Assembly: GCA_040357565.1 (NCBI GenBank)
Contig: JBDODJ010000051.1
Source: Cercozoa sp. M6MM
Lineage: Eukaryota > Protista > Endomyxa: Ascetosporea
Direction: 5' to 3' (one strand)
DNA: 64,000 nt
Each line of letters starts with the position of its first letter. Within the stretch, counting starts at the first letter, position 1. The position numbers were made by a program, and so were the translations under genes. Shown piece by piece: positions 47,655 to 58,700 of the stretch. A model generated the notes under the pieces. That model saw only the letters and a list, made by a program, of their open reading frames with translations, was not told where the DNA came from and ran no database searches.

Positions 47655-48785
47655 ATGTCTTTTGGTCACGAGAAGGACGTGCTGACGGAAATCTCACAAG
47701 TATTGCCAGTGGAGGGACGGTTTTGTGCACCATGCAGCGTCGAACTGGCGTGCCATGAGCCTCGCGACGCTGTACAACTTGCATTTTTCTTGATTTTTGC
47801 TATGCAGGTATAGGTTGATTTCTGCAGAGAAATCGCCTGCTCTACGCGCTTGTTGCTTCCACAATGTACGTGATGATTTTTTCGAGACCACGTGGTATCA
47901 AAAATACGCTGCAACGTCTGCTGCAGAAAGCGAGGAGGCGACGTTTTGTGGCTAAATTTTGGCGAATTGAGTTTCAAACGCTTGTTTGACCTGATTGACG
48001 CGGACACCGACTTGCTCCAAGTAGCGTTTCTTGAAACCTTGAAACAACATTTGTGAAACTGAAGATCAGAAGCACTTGCACGTGATTCCTGTGCACTCGC
48101 TGCCTGCGGTAGTACCACATGACTCAAAGCGTCTGTGAATGTGACGTTTTACTTGCTTGAACAGGTTTGCGCAGTGTTGCGGCAATTGCGACAATATCTA
48201 AAAAATGAAAGCAGCGGACAAGCAGGCGTTTTCGCAGGCAGATTCCAGACACTTCGGCTTCTCGTTTTAGAGGTACTGACTTGAGGAAATTTTATACGAA
48301 ACTGACGCGAATTTAAAATATCTGTTTTATGCAGGAGTTTTCGCCTGTGGCTCGTAACGCACGCAGCATCGCGGTCGCTGCCGGGAAAACTGACGCGCGG
48401 CAACGCTTTCGAGGCGAAGAACTGGTTCTGGGTCTGCTAGCTGCACTCAGTCTGCGAATGTTTAGATGTGTTTAGGGCGACGATTTGCGAGCTTTGTTGT
48501 CGCAATTGCGTGCCCTTAACAGAGTGCCCGTAATCTTCACGACGACGATCCTCCAGCGAGACGAAGGTCACCCTCTGGGTCCCACTTGGGACGCAATTGC
48601 ACAGGTTCCATTACCACCAGTCTGCAGGTGTGTTATGGTGCATCTTTTTTGTACAGATTCGACTGCACGTGCGCGACTCAAGTAGACATGAGGGCGGAGT
48701 GGTCGTTTCTGTTGACACATCACCCTACCAGGCAAAAGGCACCAAGGTCCTGTTGGATGAAACCACACTCGGTCCTGAGCTCTAG
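47655..48785 (+). CDS. Divergent RAD51-paralogue-like (RecA-fold) protein
   Basis: Spliced LLLP..KRGGDVLWLNFGELSFKRL, HLHVIPVHSL, Walker-B-like LRLLVLE, VPVIFTT, HPLGPTWDAIAQIRLHV, SVDTSPYQ follow RAD51D/XRCC2 motif order. Confidence 0.6.
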
Positions 48786-49057
48786 CTGTTCATCTTAATT
48801 AATTGTAACAACACGTAGCGCAGTACACAGCAGCTGGACCAGCTGCCAGTCTGCGCCTGCTGTCCTTTTTGTTCGGTGTTGGTCGTGCGTGATCTTTTCT
48901 GCTCCTGGACTACCGGTCCAGAGAATCCCACACTGCTGTAGTTCTGAGTTCTCGCGTGCCTGTGACCGTGTGTATGCAACAGTGCACGCATTAGAGACGC
49001 GTGTGCAGAGAAAAGAGCGAGTAGTGCATTTTGAAAGACCACTGAAACGCGTGCCGG

Positions 49058-49958
49058 ATGTTCCTTGTAGCGACGACTCTGTTGCTTGTTGTGCTGGCGT
49101 TGTTTGCGCCCGCGCGTGCTGCTTCCTGGTAAAATCTCGCTTAGAATGTTTCGCGTCGTCCGCGCGGAGCAAACAAGCTGGATCTTGACTAAAATAATTG
49201 CAATACACTTGTTCTGGTCTGCAGTGAGGAGCTCACTGCACTTTCGGAAAATGCCGGCAAGCTGGACCAAGTCGAGCTCTGGTAGGATTTTGCGGCTTTG
49301 CAACCTAGTTTCGTTTCGACTTTTGTTTTCGTGCTGTAGGCACCAACAAATGATCGGTGACTGTCTGAGTCGCTGCATCCAGAAGATGGAGGAAGATCGC
49401 GACGACAAGAAGACCTGCAAGTGCAAGGACGAGAAGGACGACTTTGACGATGTGTTCTTCAAGGAAGATGCGAACGATGGTATGTTTTCATGTCCAAGAT
49501 GTGCGTGCTTTTTCCGTTTTAACTTGATTAAGTGTTTCTATTGCAGACTGGCGATTCTACTGCGAGACGGCCAAGTTCACGACTTCTGGCAAGCGCGAGG
49601 TGCCGCTGTTCTGCTTGACGTGAGTTCTTCGCTGTTGCTTGTGAGTCAAAGTTTTGTTGTGTGCAGATCACGCTCAAGTACTACCCTGTGGCTCTGCGCG
49701 AGTGCAACAGCATCGACTTGCGCGTGGAGCACTGCCGTGCCGCTAACATCCGCGCTGCGCTTGCCTCTGGCTCCAACATTGAGTACCCACAGTCACAACG
49801 CCTATGTAGTGATATTATCTGACTTGTTGTGTAGCCCGGAGGAGATTGAAATCAAGGATTGCAAGCCGACCACCGTCGCTATCGTTTTCATCGTTATTGG
49901 TTCGCTCGTCGGTGTCGCACTCATCGGTCTTGGCGTCTACAAGTTCAAGAACAAGTGA
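49058..49958 (+). CDS. Small Cys-rich type I membrane (surface) protein
   Basis: Signal MFLVATTLLLVVLALFAPARA; Cys-rich ectodomain; TM TVAIVFIVIGSLVGVALIGLGVY; tail KFKNK*. Confidence 0.75.
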
Positions 49959-50379
49959 GTTGCATGCGAAGGTTCGAAACGTTCGGAACGACTGACTCCA
50001 TTCGTCTCGTTTTTCCTTTTGCTGTACCGCACTAAGCCTTCACTTAGTTACGTTAGTTCGTTAGTTGAGTCTGTACGGAACCGACGCAACTCCTACGTCA
50101 GTTCCCAGCGCCACAGCGCAGCTAGGCGAGGGTGGGTCGAAAGTGCATGGCCATCTACCGCCAGCTATGGTAGGCCCGTCCAGCTCCCCTTTGACGTTCC
50201 CCAGACGACGGATTGATTCCGTAGTCGGTGCGTAGCGGGCTGTAGTTTGATAGTAACCTCGAATCAACATACATCACCGGAAATATGTTTCTCAAGGTCC
50301 GTCGCTATGGGCGTCATGATCACACTACAGCACGTCGCCTGAGACTGCATGCATTCCAGCGCGTCTTTAACCTCGTGTC

Positions 50380-53086
50380 CTACGGCAGCAGACTATTGTT
50401 AACGCGTACGCCAGGGTTCTCGGTGTCATCGTCAAGATCGATTTCGAAGTCATTGTCGCTCCTGTCGCCTCGTGCCTCAATGTAACGCCGCGGTTCTTGG
50501 CTGTCTTCGACGTTGTCAAGCGCATCGGCGACGGCTTCGAGCTGAGCATCAGTGAACCCGCCTCCCGAAGCACGTGCCTGTTGCAGACGCAGCATGTGCA
50601 AGGCGGCCTATGGAACTCAATGTGAGTTGACACAGTCGAACGTATGGGAGTACTGGTACATTCACTTGTCGTTGCTCGGTCGAGTTTTTGCGCATCTGAA
50701 CGCACATGTAGACGAGCGCGCAGACCACCACGAGTGCCAGCAGTCCTGTCAACATGCATATGGAAAATAAACACTCCGTTTAATGGGCCGAAGGAAGCTG
50801 CAGCACCGAGAGCACTGCTCAGTCCAGCGATGAGCTTGCTGTCCGTGTTGTTTTTTGGCGCATCTAGGGGGCAAAGTCAGAAGTACTAACAAAGAGGAAA
50901 ACAGGTCTAAATCACCTCGCTCCACAGTATCGTCGTTCACTCCAAATGACGGCAGCAACGTCGATCCGTCTTCAGTTGTCGTAAAAGAACACTCACAGGA
51001 GGGAAAGAAGCTGCAAGTACCCGGCGACACGGCAACGAGTTTCGTGCCTCGCACTCGCGGGTCTACGGTACCGGTACCGATGTGCACCTCGTATTGCATA
51101 CTGAAAAGGGACAAGCGTTATCTCAATTTTACCGTTGCCGAGCGGAGAAGCAACGGTGCCGCTCAAGTCGCGCAACAACAGAGCCACTACATCTGCAGAC
51201 AGAGGCATTTTTTTCTCTTGCTGAGCAGAGAAAAACTGTGCTACCATCGGCGTCGGCGAGAGGCGTGGTCTTGACGAGCAGGTCAAAGTGACTGCCTGCA
51301 ATGACGTCGTTGTTGCCGTTTGAAATATCGGCCACAACGAACAGTTCGCGCGGCAGACCAGCTTCAATAATAAATCAAAGGTACAGGGAGGGGGTAAGGG
51401 AAGGCAAAGATGCCATACCGTCCGCGAAGGCATCCAACACGGTCTGCTGCACCATAAACTTTTCAAACTCGGTCAGAGCCGAGAAACCCGTGCCTTGAGT
51501 TGTGTCTACAAAGGTAATACATCATTTAGTAAAACCCTTAATTTCGATATTTACCACCAGAATTTTCACTGTTCATGAGTGCATCTTCGTTGAGGATCAA
51601 GCGAATGCGAACATCTTGCGTTGTGAAACACGCGCCGGTGCGACAAGTTCCCGGCAGCGTCGTTATCACATCCGTGCACTATGTCCATATATACACTCTG
51701 TGTGTTAAAGTAGACTTCATGAGGTACAAGGTACGGCATCGCCCTCACTGAGTGCCTGGCAAGCATCCCGTACGGAACATGCTGCGCCGCGGTAGCCGTT
51801 CCGACAGTCGCAGCGACCGAAACATGCGCCTCTCTGATAGCAAACACCCTAGGTATCTACAGCATACACTGGACACAGGTACCTCCAAACCGCCGCAAAT
51901 ACGGCCTTGAGAATCACGTGGGCACGAGTCGGAATTGTACTGCACACTGAGTGCTAAGACAAGCCTTTAAAAGGAAGCACAAAGAGAGACGTACCACTTT
52001 AACCGGCAGCGATGTCGGAGGAGACTGCATTCCGAGCACGTCACTCACTCGTACCGTCAGCGAGTAGGCGAAGACGCCGTCTTCTTCCTGTTGTAAGGAA
52101 GGGTACCCTTCAGGCAGAAGAAAAAGAGAAGGAACGTACCGTCTTGCCTGCAGTGTTTGGAACTGCCCGAATGATTAAATCGCCCGTGTCAATGTTGACT
52201 TCCACTGCGGACACAAGAAGCACAAGTAATCGAGGGGATGAAACACGTTCAAAAGAAGGTACGAAAGGCTGCAGCGTCTCCTCCGATCACAGTGTATCGC
52301 ATCTATTGGATTTAGGGTGAACCTACTACGTCAAGGAAGTGGACGAACGACAGAGAGAGAAGGAGATACACTGTCAGAATCGGGGTCGCTCGCGATGATC
52401 TTGGAGACCACCGTGCCCATTGGAAGTGTCGAGTGCAGACGTACTGTTCTCACCTGTACGACTACCCAAACACAGCACATGCTACACTCCTTTGCCCGAT
52501 GATTTGTAGGGGTATACTTGGTGCTTCGTTGGCATCCTGTACGAGAATGTCCTGCTGCAACGTCAGTTTCGGCGTCGAGGAGGAACTGTCTGTCACGTCC
52601 ACTTGCAAGCTCTACCAGTGGGGATGTATCATACTAATATTGGAAGATAAAACAGCGAAGGAAATAAGAAGAGTACCAGTAGGGGTGCAGCCTCGTGGTT
52701 TAGACCTGCAGAGCCCACGCGCACTTCGCCGTTCAACTCGATCACAAGCACTCCCTAAACGGAACGAATCCAATAAAAGGAAGTAACTTTCAATGAACCC
52801 GGACTCTGGTCAGATAGCTCTACCAAAGCAGTTCCGCCACGCACGCGATACACTGCAGTGGCTTCGTCAATTTGCGCTTTGGCCTGTTTCGTCCCAACAT
52901 TGCAAAATTCAGTTGAGTGTTTAGTTTTTATTTTACAGTTCCAGGCATGGATTTGGACAGATCGACGATGAGCGAGCCCGGAGCAGCAAGCTCACTCACC
53001 GATACTTCTGACATTGTCACAAGTGTGGCAGTCACCAGCGACGCTCGCAGCAGCACCACATAGGCAAACGCCGTATGCAGCAGCAT
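50380..53086 (-). CDS. Cadherin-repeat + EGF-like single-pass membrane protein
   Basis: Signal MLLHTAFAYVVLLRASLVTA; VSVSELAAPGSLIV, LNHE, ILVQDANEAP, GTVVSKIIASDPDS, VNIDTGDLII; EGF CPRDSQGRICGG..CFGRCDCRNGYRGAACS; TM LLALVVVCALVYMCV; acidic tail. Confidence 0.75.
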
Positions 53087-53457
53087 CTCCACTCGACTCA
53101 GCTGATGATAATATGACACTCGACTTTCGGGAGTGTATTTGCGTCCGTCAGCTTACCTAATTTAGTAAGCAAGATCCCTGGTGCAGTTGAGCAGGTAACA
53201 TTGAATACCAATCTCATTCTCACTTGCGCAGCGTTTCTTCGGAACTGAAACGCGATGAAAGATAAGAATCCGAACTGCGCTGTGCGTCGCCCGCGTATGG
53301 TAGGCCAACCGGGCTGCAATGAAAATAATGTGAGTATAGTTTTCTCTGTTCTAATTTAGCGTAGGCTGTAAATTAAACCGAGCAGAACGGAAATGAACGG
53401 CAGAATCTGGAATTTAGACTGACTTAAATCAAATAAACCGACGACGCGAAACGTCGA

Positions 53458-54402
53458 CTATGCTTCGACGACCACAGAGGCAGCGTCTCTTGTCGCAGCT
53501 GACTCAACGGCAGGTTTTGGCCTGGGCCTCCGGTGAGCAGCAGCGTGCCGGTAACTCAGCGGCGGCCACGAGGCAGAGGCCGTCTCGGCACGCGATGTCA
53601 CACGGTGCAACCTCACGGCTTGCACGATCACGCAAAGCATCAAAAGTGCAAGTGGAACCGCCAGCAGAGCTGTCTGAGGTCTGCACAAGTTGTTCTCAGC
53701 ATAAGCAATGGCTACAGTAAAAGTGAGCACAATACATCAACGACGACGCGATGATGCATCCAATAGTCGTGAGTGCCGAAGGAGCCACCACAATCGCGAA
53801 ACTGCCACAAACAATGCTGCTTGTGCAAACAAAAACGGCAACACACCGTGTGTACCTCCGGATGTCGTATTGCACAAAGATAAACGAGATGCAGGTTGCG
53901 CAGTAACAAATGAAAAGTGGCAACGCCACCAGGAAGAAAATGCCTTCGTCCAGCGAGGTTCCAGGTAGAAAGAAGGAGAGGATCGACAGTGTGATCCTAA
54001 ATGACCAGATACAGTTAGTTGCTTAACAAAAAGCAACACTTACAGCAACAATGCTCCTTCGGCCAGAACAACGCCAATCAAGACTACAGAAAAAGTATAA
54101 AGGCATAGAAGCTCTGAAGGTTGAAGGAAAGTTACGGTTGCGAAGAGAGCGCTTTCGATCCGAGTACAAGTCCCTCATCTCATCGGGAACTGTGATGATC
54201 AGTCGCGAGAATATGGCGCCCTTCTTGATCACCAAGTAGTTGGCCACAAATGGCGCGAGAAAGACACAAGCGAGCATCAAAAAACAGCTGCAAGGAATGA
54301 GAAGAAAATCGAATATAAAAAACTGAAAATGACGAAAGCGTCAGTTTACACCACTGCAATAGCTTTCGACGAAGAGTTCGAGCAGTTTTCGGTGCATTGC
54401 AT
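53458..54402 (-). CDS. Hypothetical ~4-TM membrane protein
   Basis: Hydrophobic exons AIAVVCFLMLACVFLAPFV, IFFLVALPLFICYCATCISFIFV, CVAVFVCTSSIVCGSFAIVVAP, ALLAVPLALLMLCVIVQAV. Confidence 0.55.
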
Positions 54403-54419
54403 GGCAGTACAGTGCGTTG

Positions 54420-55470
54420 TTAGACCGTCCACTGCAAGGTTAAACCATTCGAGTCACTCCTCGCATAGTTAAGCAGGAGTGTACGAGGTCGGATCCACTG
54501 CGTCGTTTTGTCTGAATACAAAATGAAACTCGACAAACTCGTAACTTGTTGTGTGCAATGCAATAATTTACCATCGGAGGCGTGTGACTCGTCATAAACG
54601 TCGAACTGGCGTCGTGAAGACAGCTGCACGACCCGTTTCTCTCCGTCGACAGCTCCAGTGAGGTTGGCCGATTTCTAAAGCAGCGAAACTTCTGTCAATG
54701 GCACATGCCCCCCACCAGCGTAGGTACAGGAACTGGCAGCAGTGTCGACCAATCCACATCTGAGTGTGCTGCATCTCCTCTGAACACAAAAAATGAATTA
54801 CTTCGACGGAAGTAATTTATATATAGCTGAACTTGAAACTACGAGAAAGTGACTGCAAGGTGCCAGTTCGCACCAGTTTTGACTCGCACATGCCGTTTCG
54901 AGTCGTCCCACGAACTGAACGACCCTTTTTTGTCTGATTCTGCACGACAGAAATATCAGGCAGGAAGGTTCTGCCGCGTATCGGCCGATAAGTAACAACA
55001 ACAATAAAATACGAGGAAGGTTCTGCCGGTGCAGGTCCAGGGGTACTCCTGCTTTCGCTCCAGCAGAAACTGCAGCAGCACCTTCTTCGGGCACCCAAAC
55101 AGATAGTGCATTTCGCGGAGCACAGCGCGGAGGTGACCCAACTGCTCCTCCGTGGCTTCCACTGCACCACCTCCAGCAGGCATGGGTTGCACTGCCAAAG
55201 GCGTAAAGATCAGTTTAATCGGGCCACCTGGAGTCCCCCAGGGCACTACTCTGCGCTTGCTACCGCTGTGATACAAGGCCGCCGCAGGCAGCCTCTTGGA
55301 GCGCCGGCAGCAAAAATAAGCAAAGTTATCACATGGTTGTACGACATTTGAACGACACCGATGTCACTAGAAACCATTTTGGGGTATCTGAGCGACTTCC
55401 TGGCCTCTGGGGTAAAAGTTTGTCAAAAAGCATGGACCAGTCCCGGGGGATCAGCATCGCCAACACCATA
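54420..55470 (-). CDS. Possible hypothetical protein
   Basis: Protein-like exon ATEEQLGHLRAVLREMHYLFGCPKKVLLQFLLERKQ plus intron-like spacers; structure unresolved. Confidence 0.3.
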
Positions 55471-55726
55471 AAAAATTGCAATTTCTCGACACACCACGAC
55501 TCTCCGGGGCGCTACTGTAGTTAACTTTAATCGGGTTTACTGCGCTTGTAAAAGAGGTGGCATCGGAACCCCATCGCGATCTCGGTTCAAGTTGTGGGTT
55601 CTGTGTTGTAGCAAATTTTTGGAATCCCCGTTGCGTATGAGACAAATGGACGAGGGTACTGTTCTTTCATGGAGCAAATTTGCCGTAGCCATTTTTCCGC
55701 TCACTCGATGTGATGTCTGAGAGAGT

Positions 55727-58700
55727 TCACCAGAATACGAAGAAGGACTTGATTGACGCCAGCATGGACTGACCGATCGAGAGAACGAGACCGGGCGCAA
55801 GTTGCACAAGCAGCACCCCGCCCAGGACGAGTGCCAGCACAACACAAATCACTGTGAGCAGTCCGCCACCGATCAGCTGTCGCAGCATCGAGAACGGGTT
55901 CAGACTCCACTTGAATCGTCCTATGTCAGTCATTTGTGTCACATACGCATTGGAAGCTGTTCGCACCGTACAGTGAGAAACGAACACACCAGGGGGCTTG
56001 GGCAAGTGCGGGTGCTCGTTTGGCGCACTTCGACCGAAGCCTGCCGGTAGCGTGGTTTCTGCCATCAGCACGGGCATGCACTCGAGCGACACTTGCAACT
56101 GCGCAAGCAATCTCTCTGCCTATGCTCGTAAGCAAAGAACAGCTCGGGACCTCAGCACGCGAGTCGTCGTATTTTGGGTGTCGCAAATCCTTCAACCACA
56201 AGCAGCGCTTTGATCCTCTATGAATGTGCAAACAATTCAACCGCACACTTGAGGGTTGAGTCGAAACACACCCGCCGAAAGCAAAAACCGAAGTCTCAGC
56301 GCAGACGAGCGCAACGACATCGTCCTTCTTCCTACAGACAGTAAGAACATACTACCCAATTCACGAATGCTCGTTCTGTGACACTGTAGAATACCGAGCA
56401 ACATGCATGAGTTTACTCAGCGTCAATGTGGTCTCACTAATCGCTCGGTCTGACCCGACCTACCAGAACTTCCGACTGGACACGATTACTTGACAGAAAG
56501 ACCTGAGTGGACACTACCTTTTTGTCCCAAAGTTGAATGCGCAAACGAGGTGGAATACGAGTAGGCAATCCCAGGCGCCATCGCATGCGGTAATTGAACT
56601 GCAAAACCAAAACGAACTGAAGTGAACTGGATTGCTTAAGTCCAAAATCTATAAATAATGTTCATAGTATACTGTAAGTTAGACAAGAGTACAACTCAAC
56701 ATACACTGGCCTTTCCACCCGAGGCACGCCAGTGCACGTCTCTGCCTCATAAAAGTTGAGTCTCTGGTTGAAACACGGCTTCAAAGCAAATAAAAGCGCA
56801 CTTACGTTCGCTGTCGCGCGGGCGAGAACTCCTCGCGCAGCGCGTCCTCGTCAACGTCAAGTTCGCACGTGACGTACCTGCGAACGGCGCACAGTGTTGT
56901 TTTTTAGTTCGTGCAGATGGTAGCCAGAGAGTTAGTTTACAAGTCAGCGCGCCGAGTGAGACTGCCCCGCACCGCCACATCTGATTTACATGTCAAGGTT
57001 GGTGAGGTGTGCAAGAAGAGCCTACACGAGTACTGCAGTATAGTACTTTTGGCCTGCCAAACGACCATGCGGAGTTCGAAATCTTGCGCCTGCGCTGGCG
57101 AGATGTCTGTCGCTGTCACACATACGCACATACACACACACATACAATATATATATATATATATATAAGTAGAGTACGCGGAGTGGCCTGTGCCTCGGCC
57201 GGCGTCATCAATTCAATGAAACACTGCAGACGACCTTGCGCGTGCGAGCTCCGTGGCGCTAACAAAGGACGCTGCTCGAGTGGCTTTGGGCTCAGTTTCC
57301 TGTCGTTTCATGGTACAGGTCCAGAAACCCAAAGAGGTAAAGTCAATCGTACTGCCACTCGGGCGAAAACCACAAATCCTCCAGATCCACGGTGGTCGAG
57401 CCGATCAGTTCGTCTTTTGTTGAAAGCAACCCGCTGAACAAGAGTATCACTTAATAAAGATAAGAGGCAGAACGAAAGGTTAAATGATACCCTCCGACAG
57501 CGTCCATGACAGCGAGGTCGAGTTGTCCGTCACCCGGCAGTTGCAGCGGCAGTTCTAGCACCTCACGGAACTCCGGGTCGGTTGTGTGTCGCAGTCGACG
57601 CTCGCGTGTGCTGATCTCCTTCTTGCCGCACCTCATTACTGTGTGTGAGATTGAAGTTTGTGTTTGGTACTAATTGATACCAAGACAGGGGGCGCATAGT
57701 CAGTTGGTACCAAGGTAGGGATCACACGTGCCACCAGGTCGCCGTGCCGCCAGTCCGCGTGCCCGTATGACGTAGGCGCGCAGTACGACAGTCTCCGGAG
57801 TCAACAGAGGTCCCTGTATCAGTAGCATTCCAGTCACAGAGGAACTGCTTTCCTCCGAAACAGTAGTACCGTGTCGATACTGAGTTCGTCCTCGCGGTGC
57901 CGTGTCATAGCGAAGAGACACTTCATGACACCAAGCTGGCGCCGCTGCTGCTCGCTGAACCTGGCGCGTTCATCGATCTCCTTGCCTACAGTATGAGGAG
58001 GAGACACGCGTGGTTGGTACCACTTGACACGTTGCCAGTCGAAGGAAGAATCGCTACCAGCACTGCCGGTCAGCAGAGCGGCCGACAGGAAGGGCGGCGG
58101 CGGCAGCACCTCGGACAGCGCCGCCTCCAGGACGCTGCGGCCGCGCATCCACTGCTCATCCTCTTCCTCTTCCTCCTCTTCCTCGTGATCAGAGTGGTCA
58201 CTCGAGTACTCGCCACTAATGCCACTCAAGTGGTCACTTGACTGGTCACTCGTTGATACATCGGTCATTGCGTCAATATCGATCACGGTGGCCTCCTTGC
58301 TCTCCTCTGTACAAATACACACAGATTATGGTTTTACCACCTGGCTACAAGGCCGCAGTAGTACCTGTACTTGAGGTGTACGTGTCGAAAGTGAGCGTCC
58401 AATCTGACGATCGAAAAGACTCGATTTCTGCAAACCACATTCCCTTAAGTAGATACAAAAGCACAAACGTCCAAACGTACCAGAGGAGGAGACGAAGGAC
58501 ATATCGCCGCGTGCACTGGCGCCTTCGAGAACGTCTGCGCGTTCGCGCCGACGCAGCTCGGCCACGGCGCTGTCGACGACGGCTTCCTCGCCGCTCTCGT
58601 GACTGCGCGATTCGATCTGGGGGGGGGGGGGTGGGGGATAGTGGGTGGCGGTAAATTAACAGCTGAGTTACATCCTCGCGTTCCTCAGGCGTTTCTTCGT

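Noticed and set aside
55727-56110. Stand-alone TM ORF resembling a viral or fusogen glycoprotein tail
   Set aside because: It is the ferlin C-terminus (GRxxPN.NP.L..P motif plus tail anchor).
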